Part shown: positions 29,424-41,094 of the stretch, piece after piece
Position numbering within the stretch: the first letter of the stretch is position 1
How the letters are laid out: the number at the start of each line of letters is the position of its first letter
Assembly (NCBI GenBank): GCA_964016885.1
Contig: OZ024748.1
Span: 36,084,001 to 36,148,000 of the forward strand
Source: Eledone cirrhosa
Lineage: Eukaryota
Direction of reading: 5' to 3'
Length of the DNA stretch: 64,000 nucleotides
Notes under the pieces: model-generated
The model's input: the letters and a program-made list of their open reading frames with translations, nothing else
The model's database searches: none
Told to the model about the DNA's origin: nothing
Position numbers and translations under genes: made by a program

Positions 29424-29555
29424 CGAAGGAAATGTGGTAAGGAACCAGATGGACCATAACGCACCAAAGTACTCAATACTTAGGGTAGTAGAGTGGGTAA
29501 TAGGAACGAGTAGGACCCCGACGGCTTGAGCTCAGCCGTCGGGGTCCTACTCGTT

Positions 29556-29560
<5 letters not shown>
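29421..29560 (-). mobile_element. Short non-autonomous PLE-end element with terminal fold-back hairpin (family c, copy 1)
   Basis: Flanked by (TA)n on both sides, with a hairpin at 29500-29560. Homologous to 38121-38260 and 39763-39953. Confidence 0.85.
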
Positions 29561-29607
<47 letters not shown>

Positions 29608-29710
29608 TATATATATCGGTGTGTGTCTGTGTGTTTGTGAGTATGTATATGCATATATACATATGTGTGTGTGGGAATGTCTGTATGTGAAAGTGCGTGA
29701 GTATCCACAG

Positions 29711-29925
29711 ATATTTTTCTCTTTGAAGATGTAATTCCGTTACTAATTAATAAATACATCATTAAAATAAAAGTAGTTTTATTAAAAAACCAACAATCAA
29801 ACAAACATTTTTCTCCGTCAAATTTTATTTTCGAAGTCAAATTGGCAGAAATCCGTCTGAAAGACAAAAACTAAACAAAAACAATTAGAGCCGGTGAATC
29901 ATTGGGTTTTGGTTGGGAAGAAAAT
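29711..29925. repeat. Unclassified dispersed repeat, with a second copy at ~39323-39575
   Basis: Shared blocks TTTGAAGATGTAATTCCGTTRCTAATTAATAAATAC, GGCRGAAATCCGTCTGA and GGTTTTGGTTGGGA. Confidence 0.75.
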
Positions 29926-30078
29926 ATTTCAAAGATTTCACATCTAAAAAAACTAAATTAACCAAAAATCAAATAATTTTTTTAAATTTGTTAATTGATT
30001 GTGACGCGCGCGCACACACACACATGTATACCTACATACATATACACATATATACATTTAGATGTACATACATACCCT

Positions 30079-30116
<38 letters not shown>

Positions 30117-30120
<4 letters not shown>

Positions 30121-30837
30121 CTTGATCACCTTGACCGACCAGTCTGTCGGACGTCCATTCGGCGCCGCTGGTCACAGCACGCCGTCCAACGCTTTCCTCA
30201 TCCATGTAGTCCCAATCGTATTCTTCAAATCGTAACTCCACCCTCGTGGAGGCCTTCCGAGTGGTCGTTTCCGCTCGCGCGGGTACCACTCGGCAACTGC
30301 GCCGGTCCACCGATTATCGGTGAACCGGGCGACGTGTCCAGCCCATCTGAACTTGCTGCGCATATATTCCGCGATGACGTCCCTCACGCCGGACTTCTGT
30401 CTGATGACCTCGCCCCTGATGTGCTCTGTCAAGGAGATTCCAAGCATTGATCTCTCCATGGCTCTTTGAGCCGTTACCAGCCTCTGCTCTTCTCTCTTCG
30501 TTGTAGCCCAAGTTTCACTACCATATAACATTGCAGGTAAAACTGTGCTATTGAAGAGGTTGGCGCGGGTGGTCTTGTCCAACCTCCCATTGAGCACACA
30601 CCTTATGCCGTTGAACGCCTTCCATCCGGCCCTTACTCTCCACGAGATCTCCCTCTCAATGTCTCGGCGCATGTTCACTTCTTGTCCCAGGTAGACGTAT
30701 TCCTCCACCTCCTCTATTTCATCACCGCCAACCACTATTCGACCTATTGGTACGTTGTCGGACCGCATGAACTTTGTTTTCATGCGGTTCATCTTGAGGC
30801 CTACTGCAGAGCTTTTGATGTCGAGCTCCGTCAGCAT
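30117..30837 (-). mobile_element. 5'-truncated RTE-clade LINE (C-terminal RT/thumb region and short 3' UTR)
   Basis: ORF 30172-30837 has GLKMNRMKTKFM, YVYLGQ, LPAMLYGSETW, RWAGHVAR and KRPLGRP motifs typical of RTE ORF2. The 3' tail is (TCAAGGTGA)2 and the element sits in (TA)n. Confidence 0.93.
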
Positions 30838-31314
30838 ATATATATATAATGTATATGTATATATATATATAATATATATGTATACTGACTGTGTCCATGT
30901 TATATAGAAGGATGGAGATAAAGATACAAGTTCTATTCACACGAACTTTGTGCAATATATCGCATTATTGAGGCAACACCTACTGAAGAGGAAATAGAGA
31001 GATGAGTATATGCTTGTGTATTCAACAGTAAAAATACCGTTTTGATTTGAGGTGGAGGACTCTCGAATATTTGCTCTGATTGTGCCATTGTTTCATGTGA
31101 GACAAGGGGAAGCTGGACTAACCAACTAAAGCAGACAACTGGATGAGAAACACTCGTTATAATAGCAGAAAGTAATTCCTAAAACCCCGATACCAAAGGC
31201 TAGAAACAGCATAGTCTCACCTGTATCTGTCATTGATCCAATGCCACCCTCGTAATTCAAGAATAAATGTTGCTTATGAAATACCTTAGAAATAACAGAT
31301 GTTTCTAATTTTCT

Positions 31315-31381
31315 ACATTAGGACTACGCCATAATAGTTTCGATGATTTCACTTACATCATCATCAGTTTGTTAATAATGT
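31315..31381 (-). ncRNA. Imperfect hammerhead-like motif
   Basis: CUGAUGA-UGAU(guaagugaa)AUCA-uc-GAAA-CUAU(uauggc)GUAGUC. Stem I ACAUUA/UAAUGU forms only with an 8-nt bulge. Confidence 0.35.
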
Positions 31382-31879
31382 CTGCAAGTTCCTCACTTTC
31401 CATGACACATGACATTTTTACGAAAACAACTTACAATTTTACCTGCAAAATGGATTACCTTGACGTAACATCTTAAGAAAACAGCAATATTGTTCTCGGG
31501 AAGAAGGAATAAAAAATAAAAAAACAGAACAAAAATTACAAGCTCTGTTACAGAGGTCAGCGTCCAAGCCAGCAGCTGTGGATGTATGATCTATGTTTGA
31601 AGAAAAGAAAACTGTGGAAAATATGCTCCATTAATCAGGTTATAGGATTTTCATTTGCATTAATTAACATAGCTGCGCTGGGCCATGCAACAGCTTAATG
31701 AGTAGCAATGCTTGGTATCCGCTGAAATTACATTCAAACTGTTGCTGAAGTTTAAATCACAATTTACTTATTGATCAACAAATGTTTACACTTCAGAAAA
31801 ATCCTGCAAATCAGAAGATTTTAAGAGGAGTCAAAGAAGAATTTCCACGAGATTGTTTTTCAATCAGTTGATGATGATG

Positions 31880-31918
<39 letters not shown>

Positions 31919-32377
31919 GTAATAATAATAATGATAATACTAATAATGATAATAATAACAATAAAAAACAATAATAATATATATCGACACACATACATAG
32001 ACGCATGAGACATATTTTTGTTTTTAATTTATATTTACTTTTTTTTATTATAAAATCTGCTTTCATTCTTTTTCGATTGTTGACCTTCAAATATGATTCA
32101 TCTGACATTTGCCACGAGGAGAGTCTAAACACTTTGATCATTAGAAAATAGGTTAATTGTCTAACCGTGTCTATATTAAAAATGTAATGAATGCTAGAGG
32201 AAGAAATGCATACGATCACAGACATATATTATATATATCAATCAACACACACAGATATTGGATTATGAAACAGTACTGTAAGGAAGATATGACTTTTTAC
32301 ACCTTAAAGTATGTATAATGTTCCTAAAGCATTATATGTTTACAAAATACTGTTTCTCAAACGATCTCTCCCTCTCG

Positions 32378-32504
<127 letters not shown>

Positions 32505-32635
32505 TCTCTCTCTGTATAAATATATCTTTTAAATTTGAATTATTGATGCTCTGACCCAAAGTCCACTGAACTCATTTATTCAGAAACAATCATCATACAT
32601 ATTAAATATGTATTAATACCTTAATATAGTATATA

Positions 32636-32692
<57 letters not shown>

Positions 32693-32769
32693 AAATTAAG
32701 GCATAGGTTAAGAATAACGTCCGCGAAAATGAAAGTGAATTTTCTGACAAGTGAATGTGTTGTTTTTTT

Positions 32770-33286
32770 TTACAGTGTAAGTTACGATACACTATTTGTT
32801 TATTTACAACAGGTCTCTATAGTGATATGGTGTTAATTAGTATTGCGTGTGTGATTATTTTCTCTTATATATATATGTGTGGGTGTGTATATGTGTGTAT
32901 ATATATGTGTGTCTGTATGTATATATATATATGTGTGTTTGTATATATATATGTGTTTGTGTCATCATCATCGTTTAGATGTTTTTGTAATATCTTGCCA
33001 AAGTTGGCACCAACTATAAACAAATTAAGGCCGGGTCATAAGAAGGACAGAGAATGATAAGGGATTTGGGTAAAAACATCTAAACGATGATGATGACACA
33101 AACACATATTTATATACAAACACACATATATATATACATACAGACACACATATATATACACACATATACACACCCACACATATATATATAAGAGAAAATA
33201 ATCACACACGCAATACTAATTAACACCATATTACTATAGAGACCTGTTGTAAATAAACAAACAGTGTATCGTAACTTACATTGTAA
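32770..33286. repeat. Long inverted repeat: ~215-bp arms (32770-32986, 33072-33286) with an 85-bp spacer
   Basis: The arms are reverse complements, including their internal TA/CA microsatellites. Family unidentified. Confidence 0.9.
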
Positions 33287-33416
33287 TATTTGAAGTTCTA
33301 GTTAAACTTTAATTAGTTACCTACCTAGCTATTTGTGCTTACATTCTTTACAAATTATTCCCTGCGATTGTTCCATGTATTTATTTTATATATATATATG
33401 TCAATCTATTTCTAGT

Positions 33417-33460
<44 letters not shown>

Positions 33461-33462
<2 letters not shown>

Positions 33463-35977
33463 CGGCGATGAATTACTTTTGCGAGGTTTTTTATATGAAA
33501 TCTTGTGTCGAAACAAATATTGTTATACTTGACAAAACATATAAGATGGGTAATATCTATCCTACGAGGTTACCCTTTAATAAAAGAGTTTGCATACCAC
33601 AACAAATAGATAACGAGAAAGAGGCACAGTTCACCATAGCTAGAAATAAGATTAGACAAATAGTAGACCGGTATACTAAGAGACAGAGCAGATCAGAGGC
33701 CCAACAACTTGGGAGGAAACCTGTAGAAGGCTTGGTTAGCCTCAAGCAGCGCACAAGGGATGGTGAGGTAGTATGTCTACCCACGGATAAGTCTGGTAGG
33801 ATGTCAATAGATAGCATGCCGAACTACATCAAGGCTATGCAACCCCACATCACCAACACGAGCGAAATTGTACAGCAAACACATGATGGGAGAGAGAAAA
33901 TCCTCAACGCTCACATGATGATGTGGACTGACATCCTAAAGCCAAGCAGACGCACTGCCAATAACTTCCAGGCGTCTAACAATGGCATACCACCCTCGTA
34001 TGGGCTCCGCAAAGACCACAAGACAGTCGACGACCCGACAACAGGACCACCAACAAGACCCGTATGCGGAGCTAATATAGCTAGCAACTACAGGATCTTC
34101 TACTTCCTCTCAATGGTTATACGCCCCATAATCAAGATGTCCCCAGATGTATGTGACAGTACAGAGGACCTCCTTAGCAGAATCAGTGAGTGCAACAAAA
34201 ACAGGAACCTATCCAACTGCATAATAGGCAGCATGGATGTGGTATCACTGTACCCATCCATTAACATTGATTTTGCTGTGGAAAAATGTGTGGAGATGAT
34301 CATTGAGAGTGAGATGGAGTTCTGCGACGTCGACACAGACGAACTGGGCCTCCTACTTAGACTTACCTACGACACTGACTACCTAGACAACCATGACCTT
34401 AGATGTTTCTGCCCTAGTAGACCCATAGAGGTAGACCCCCACCATAACCTCAATGGCAAAAAAGACTCCCATGGGAAGGTGGATTGGGTGGACCAAAGCT
34501 ATACGGACCCCCCCAAAACAATGATCAGGTAAGAAAAATGGTCGCACATGCAATAGGGGCTAGTATCAAAACTACCATAAAGGGCCACATATTCAAGTTC
34601 AACGAGAAGATCTACACCCAAAATGAGGGAGCAGCCATTGGCGTCAGCATAGCTGGTGATATTGCCAACCTTTTTATGGTATGGTGGAAAATGAGACTTA
34701 AAGATCTCCTTAATGAGAGCTCCATAGACCTCATCATGTACTCTCGTTACGTAGACGATATCAATATAGTTATAAGAACATCCCCACTAGAGAGCACTAA
34801 CAAGTTTGATTTAGAACGTAGCACAATGGAAAGCATCCAGCAGATAGCTAATTCCATACACCAGAGTATAACTGTAACTATCGACTACCGTTCCAAACAC
34901 CCTAACAATAGACTACCTGTATTAGACACGGAACTTTGGATTAACACTATAGACGAGAGAGCCCAAATTCTCCACTCACACTATGCTAAACCTATGGCCT
35001 CCAAATACCTGATACTCAAAAACTCAGCAATGTCTAGTAGTGCTAAGTTTAATATTCTGATCGCAGATTTGGTACGAGTGATGAAGAAAGTGTCCCGCAT
35101 GTGCGACCCAACAGAAATGGAAAGACACATCCAACACTTCATCAACCGCATGCAGTTCTCTGGCTACAACCAAAGAGACAGAGTCAGAGTATACGAAGGA
35201 GCCATGGAGAAGTATAAGACCCTCATAGAACTGGACATGAAAGGAATTTGCCCATTATACAGGAGCAAATCATGGAATAGCTTAGATAGGGCGAGACATA
35301 AGATAGGGAAAGCCACCTCATGGTACGACAACCAGAGATACCAGAGTGTCATTTTTGTGGACGCTACCCCTGGAGGGAAATTAGCTAACCAGTGTAGAAA
35401 GGCCCTGAGAAAGACCCACCTAAAGATTAAGGTGGTAGAAAAGCCAGGAACCACCATAAAATACCTGATCAGCAAAACCTACCCTTTTAAGAAAACCAAC
35501 TGTACTAATAGGAAATGTATCATATGTAAGGTAAACCCCCGGATAAACTGTAAAACTAGAAACGTAGTCTATAGCATAAGATGTACAGAGGGTACTTGCA
35601 GAAACATGACAACAACATACATAGGCGAGACAGCTCGTAGCATAGGTGAAAGGATAGACCAACACTGGGGGGAACTAAAAGGACGAAAAAACGGGTCAGT
35701 ACTATACGAACATGCCAGACAACAATACGACGGTAACATAGACAACATAGAAATTAGAATAATATCTAAACATAGAAATGACCCAGCAGATAGGCAAATC
35801 AGAGAGGCCAGTGAAATAGAACTTAGAAGGCCAATACTAAACAGAAAGAATGAATGGAATAACAACAACGCCCAAACAAACAACACTGACGTAAGAGAAG
35901 TATAAATAAATAAATAGATAAATAAATAAATAAATAAATACATACACAAGCACAATAACAACAAACACATATAAACA
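33461..35977 (+). mobile_element. Penelope-like element (Neptune/Nematis-like), 5'-truncated, with a short inverted 3' tip at its 5' end and a truncated 3' UTR
   Basis: TDKSG, GLRKDHK, SMDVVSLYPSI, GVSIAGDIANLFM and YSRYVDD RT motifs; C-x4-C-x2-C linker; VVYSIRC...YIGETAR GIY-YIG domain. Clade assignment is tentative. Confidence 0.92.
33531..35905 (+). pseudogene. PLE RT + GIY-YIG ORF broken by small indels at ~34425-34515
   Basis: ORFs 33468-34532 and 34484-35905 join once the indels are corrected against the neighbouring copy (RPARGRPPTITSMAKKT). Confidence 0.9.
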
Positions 35978-35989
35978 TGTATCCATCTA

Positions 35990-37612
35990 TTGTATCCATC
36001 TATTAACGTGGATTTTGCTGTGGAGAAATGCGTAGAAATGATCAGTGAGAGCAATGTTGAGTTCCGTGGGATTGATACCAGTGAGCTGGGACTCCTACTT
36101 AAACTTACCTATAGTAATAATTACCTAGACACATATGACCTTAGCAACCTGTGCCCTACAAGACCAGCAAGAGGCAGACCACCTACCATTACCTCAATGG
36201 CCAAGAAAACCCACACAGATAGATGGAACGGGTGGACCAGAGCCATACGGACACCCGAAAACCACGATGAACTGAAGAAAATGATTGCACATGCGGTAGG
36301 GGCCAGCATAAAACTAACCCTTAAGGAACATATGTTCAAATTTAATGGAAAAACATATGCCCAAGAGGAAGGAGCAGCCATTGGTGTTAGCATTGCAGGC
36401 GACATAGCTAACTTATTCATGGTATGGTGGGACGGTAGACTTAAACTTAAGCTTAAAGAACAATTAGAAGACCCCTTAACCCTGATAATGTACTCCCGCT
36501 ACGTTGATGATATAAACATCGTAGAGAACAGTCAGGAACTAGAGAAAAACACAATGGAAAGCATCCAGCAAATAGCTAACTCCATCCACCAGAGCATTAG
36601 AGTTACTATAGACTACCCAAGTAAACACCCCAACCATCGATTACCTGTACTAGACACAGAGCTCTGGTTAGATACCATTAATAACAAAAAACAAATCCTC
36701 CATTCCCATTATGCCAAACCCATGACTTCCAAACATCTGATCCACCGAAACTCGGCCGTTTCGGACCATACCAAAATCAACATACTGATTGCGGATTTGG
36801 TACGGGTGATGAGAAACGTGTCCCACATGTGCAACCCCGAAGAACTAGAGAGACACATACAACACTTCATCCACCGTATGCAGTTCTCTGGCTACAATCA
36901 GAGAGATAAAATCAGAGTGTATAGAGGAGCCAGAACCAAATGGGAAAAAATGGTAAATAATGACATAAATGGGACCTGCCCCTTGTATAGGAGCAAATTT
37001 TGGAATAGAATAGAAAGAACTAGGAACAAGGCTAATAGAATAAACTCATGGTATGATAGCAATAAATACCAGAGTGTAATGTTCATCGATACAACCCCTA
37101 GAGGTGAATTAGCTTACAAATTTAGAAGGGCCCTAAATAAACATAAACTCAATATTAAGATAGTAGAAAGACCAGGTACCTCCGTAAAAACACTTATTAG
37201 CAAGACATACCCTTTTCAAAGACCCTCATGTATAGATAAGAAATTTATAACCTGTAAAATAAGCCCCCATATTAACTGTAAAACTAGAAATGTAGTGTAT
37301 AGCATAAGATGTACTGAAGGACAATGTAGAGACAAAAATATAGTGTACATAGGTGAGACAGCTCGTAGTGTAGGGGAACGGATAAATGAACAGTGGCGAG
37401 ACCTTCAAGATAGTAAAGAATCATCTGTACTCTACCAACATGCTAAAATAGAACACAAGGGTAAATTAGAGAACATAGAAATAAAAATAGAATCTACACA
37501 CAGAAAAGACGCAATGTTTAGACAAATTACAGAGGCAATAAACATAAAAGAATTACAACCAAAATTAAATAGAAAATATGAGTGGAACAGCAACATCACA
37601 ACTTACAATTAA
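35990..37612 (+). CDS. PLE reverse transcriptase (partial) + GIY-YIG endonuclease, uninterrupted 540 codons
   Basis: YSRYVDD, LPVLD, HYAKPM and VVYSIRC...YIGETARS...LNRKYEW. No native start because of 5' truncation. Confidence 0.9.
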   Translation: MYPSINVDFAVEKCVEMISESNVEFRGIDTSELGLLLKLTYSNNYLDTYDLSNLCPTRPARGRPPTITSMAKKTHTDRWNGWTRAIRTPENHDELKKMIAHAVGASIKLTLKEHMFKFNGKTYAQEEGAAIGVSIAGDIANLFMVWWDGRLKLKLKEQLEDPLTLIMYSRYVDDINIVENSQELEKNTMESIQQIANSIHQSIRVTIDYPSKHPNHRLPVLDTELWLDTINNKKQILHSHYAKPMTSKHLIHRNSAVSDHTKINILIADLVRVMRNVSHMCNPEELERHIQHFIHRMQFSGYNQRDKIRVYRGARTKWEKMVNNDINGTCPLYRSKFWNRIERTRNKANRINSWYDSNKYQSVMFIDTTPRGELAYKFRRALNKHKLNIKIVERPGTSVKTLISKTYPFQRPSCIDKKFITCKISPHINCKTRNVVYSIRCTEGQCRDKNIVYIGETARSVGERINEQWRDLQDSKESSVLYQHAKIEHKGKLENIEIKIESTHRKDAMFRQITEAINIKELQPKLNRKYEWNSNITTYN

Positions 37613-37813
37613 GGACAAAATGAAAACACACACACACATAGAACAAACAGCCAACCAGTAATATGTAAATAAACAAATAAATAAATGAACATAAACACAC
37701 ACAGACACCCGGATGTGGCGCATGCGCAGACTGAGCACACAACACACACACAGAAACAAAATGGCGTAGGACAGAACAAAGGAGAGGCACAGAAACAAAG
37801 AAAGGAATCCCCA

Positions 37814-37856
37814 GTCACTGAAGAGGTCACAGAGTGTGTGACGAAAGAACTATGAC
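37814..37856 (+). ncRNA. Minimal type I hammerhead ribozyme motif in the PLE 3' pLTR
   Basis: Identical to 25158-25200. Confidence 0.75.
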
Positions 37857-38083
37857 AATATATAAACAACTATCTGGTTGTGGAACCAACCAACCAACCA
37901 GAAATTTATTAATTTATAAATTTATAAATTTATTATAAATTTATTATAATAAATTGAAGTGAAAGCAACTGGTGCGTGTGTTTTCTTATTGGCAACATGA
38001 CCCTCCCAAAGTATAACAATATCGGTTTCAACACACGATTTCAGATAAAGAATCTTGCTAAACAAATTCAGAAATCAGAAACG

Positions 38084-38120
<37 letters not shown>

Positions 38121-38123
<3 letters not shown>

Positions 38124-38255
38124 CGAAGGAAATGTGGTAAGGAACCAGGTGGACCATAACGCACCAAAGTACTCAATACTTAGGGTAGTAGAGTGGGTAA
38201 TAGGAACCAGTAAGACCCTGACGGCTTGAGCCCAGCCGTCGGGGTCTTACTGGTT

Positions 38256-38260
<5 letters not shown>
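38121..38260 (-). mobile_element. Family c short fold-back element, copy 2
   Basis: Same ends as 29421-29560 and flanked by (TA)n. Confidence 0.85.
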
Positions 38261-38326
<66 letters not shown>

Positions 38327-38447
38327 TAGATTAAGTTATAAACTCAAAATAGTCTTTTACAATTAAATAGCTCAAAGAAGGGAATCTTTCTAAGCCGTGT
38401 TGGCCATTTGCAATTGGAACACATGTATACTTATATCTGTGTTCATC

Positions 38448-38514
<67 letters not shown>

Positions 38515-38544
38515 GGATGAACATATATATATATATATATATAT

Positions 38545-39127
38545 TGTTTATCTTTGTTTGATAACTTCTGGTTGAGTGCTTAATTCGGTTTGTCTAAGGG
38601 AATTTCATTCCTTTGTCTCAAATTTCGAATTCACCGCCAAAAACGGGGGTTACCTCCCTTGGAGAAAACCACGTGTCTATAGCGAAATTTACTGCTAGAA
38701 CACACCCGCAGAGGCTAAAGAACGCAAGACTTGTTGAAGAAGTAAATCCTTTGTTCTGTCGTCAAAGACCATTAACCTGCAGACCCCTGCAAGCGGAATT
38801 AGTCGATCTCGGATTTACAGAAACCTAACGTGGATGTTGTGTGTTGTATGTGATATATATCGTATGCTATACGATATGCATTATATATTGCATTCGGTCT
38901 CCGCGCTTGATCCAGGTCAGTCTAAAATCTTTTCCTGAGTCCAACCATTTTCGTTGCTATGGCAATGCGGCTGGACTGCCGATCGCTATATTTGATTTGC
39001 AAAGCTGTCTAAACGTATTGTTAATACTCTGGGGTACTATTCCCTATCGAGTGCTAAAGCTACATACCGAATTTGCATTCGTTAGATTGGCCGCAACCTA
39101 AAGCTTCGTTAATGCTGTACTAAAATT

Positions 39128-39129
<2 letters not shown>
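38545..39129 (+). mobile_element. Probable solo PLE pLTR with a degenerate long-stem-II HHR and the conserved tail hairpin
   Basis: UUGAAGA-a-GUAAAUCC...GGAUUUAC-a-GAAA at 38734-38823; ACUC-UGGGG..CCCUA-UC-GAGU at 39026-39052; bounded by (TA)n. Confidence 0.55.
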
Positions 39130-39171
<42 letters not shown>

Positions 39172-39245
39172 AATTTCCTGAGCGTGAATCTAATAAACAT
39201 TTGTCGTACTGCCTCTCTGTTCTGTCCCTGTTCAATTTTTTATTA
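39172..39245 (+). mobile_element. 3' tip of the PLE family seen at 43551-43732
   Basis: TCCTGAGCGTGAAKCTAATAAACATTTGTCGTACTGCCTCTCTGTTCTGTCCCTGTTCAATTTTTTATT is shared with ~43664-43732; lies within (TA)n. Confidence 0.8.
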
Positions 39246-39482
39246 TATATATATATATATATATATATATCTTTGTGTGTACATACATATGCTATCAAGT
39301 GAGAGAGTAGACTGATCAGAAATGATTTCTCTTTATTTGAAGATGTAATTCCGTTGCTAATTAATAAATACCTCATTTAACTGGAGAACTTTAATAAACT
39401 ATATAAACAAACAAACAAACAAATATTATTTTCGTAGTTAAAATGGCGGAAATCCGTCTGATAAAACAACAACAACAACAAT

Positions 39483-39522
<40 letters not shown>

Positions 39523-39762
39523 GCATTATAAAAAACACTGATGAATCAGGACCAACTCTGGTTTTGGTTGGGAGGAGAGTAATGCAGAGCTGAAAATCAA
39601 TAACAAAAATTACATTAGATTAAATAAAATATCTATATATATATCTCTCTCTATATATATATACATATATATATGTGTGTGTATGTGTGTAAGTATACAT
39701 ATGTATGTATATTGTATGACCCTCTCTCTCTCTACATAAATCAGTATATACATATATATATA

Positions 39763-39953
39763 TAACGAAGAAAGTGTGGTAAGGAACCAGGTGGACCATA
39801 ACGCACCAGAGTACTCAATTCTTAGGGTAGTAGAGTGGGTAATAGGAAAATGTTCAAGACCCCGACAGCAGAGCTCAAGCCGTTTCGACTAGTCCAGAAA
39901 CAACCGTCGAAACGGCTTGAGCTCTGCCGTCGGGGTCCTGAACATTTTCCTAT
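39763..39953 (-). mobile_element. Family c short fold-back element, copy 3 (longer hairpin, 39842-39953)
   Basis: Same tail and same arm end as copies 1-2, but it retains GUC-GAAA-CGGC...GCCGUC. Confidence 0.85.
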
Positions 39954-40121
39954 ATATATATATATATATATACAGTATTTTCCGTAGTGTTGTAATATGA
40001 ATATTACACACAGTAGATGGACAGCTCACCTAGAGTTTGCTCGACGGTTCCAGTTGTAGTTTCAAAAGTAATCCGGAGAAAATAGAAAGATTTAAATGGA
40101 TACAGTTTAGTTAAAAGGAAT

Positions 40122-40241
40122 TTATTGACACGTGTTTCAATAACAGTTACTAACCTGAAAACAGTTGCTATCTACAAAGTATTAGTTATGCAGACATTCA
40201 ATATTTCAATGTTATTATCAACTGTCATTTCATCAGAATAA
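40122..40241 (-). ncRNA. Type I hammerhead ribozyme with extended stem II
   Basis: UUAUU-CUGAUGA-AAUGACAGUU[~69 nt]AACUGUUAUU-GAAA-CACGUG-UC-AAUAA: canonical core, 10-bp stem II, palindromic stem III, GUC site, overlapping AAUAAA. Confidence 0.85.
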
Positions 40242-40487
40242 TTTTATTGAGAACCTGTTTGGTTTTTATAGAGAATATTAGGTAATTTACGATCCCAGTT
40301 CTGTGGTGGGTACGTGGGACCAGATTCACTAATATAAGCATAGATAACGCCTCGCTCCACAAATAGTAATCACAACGGCTGGGAAAGACCTTTTAGGAAC
40401 TTATGTCAGTCGGGCGCACGAACGGAAGGACATGCTTTTTGGATTTATTTTGTTTTGTTGCCTGCGGCATATCACAAAATTGGATTT

Positions 40488-40578
40488 TTCATCTGAAGAT
40501 ACCGTTCTCATAACAACAACAAATGCATGAACTACATCTTGGATTGCATAAGAGAACCGTTGAAATAATTATTATGAA
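40488..40578 (+). ncRNA. Type I hammerhead ribozyme motif with extended stem II
   Basis: UUCAU-CUGAAGA-uaccGUUCUC[...]GAGAACcguu-GAAA-UAAUUA-UU-AUGAA, overlapping AAUAAA. Confidence 0.7.
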
Positions 40579-41094
40579 TAAACGATTTATGTAACATCAG
40601 CATCTTTCTAAATGAAAGATAATATAATACGTGAATGAAAAGTAATTTGAAACTGTTAAAAATAATGTGAATGGCATAAGTTAAAGTTATGAACTATTGA
40701 ATGAAAGAGAGAAACTTATGTATGGCCATAGAGGCGAGAGAGGCTGTATGTGTGTATATGAGTGGGTGTGTTGCTGTGTCGGTGTGTGTGAAATTATTTG
40801 TAAACAAAACAAGTCTGAGATAGGAAGGAACACCGTATGTGTGTGTGTGCTTGTGTATGCCTGTGTATGCATGTGTATATGTGCGTGTGTGTGTGTGTGT
40901 GTGAAATCTGCTGTCACTCTATTGTAAACATTGCTAATTCTTTCCGTTGACAAAAAATTATATATATAACGCGTGCACATACATATATATATATATCTAT
41001 CTCTCTCTATATCTCTTTATATGTTTACATAGTACCCCCTCCCCCACACTCACAAATATATATATATATATGTCTGTGTGTGTATATATATATA

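Larger units (their letters stand above)
35978..38086 (+). mobile_element. Second PLE copy (diverged subfamily), 5'-truncated, with a complete 3' pLTR/tail
   Basis: Begins in RT motif A (YPSINVDFAVEKC). The 3' UTR carries an HHR and the element ends in (TA)n. Confidence 0.93.
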
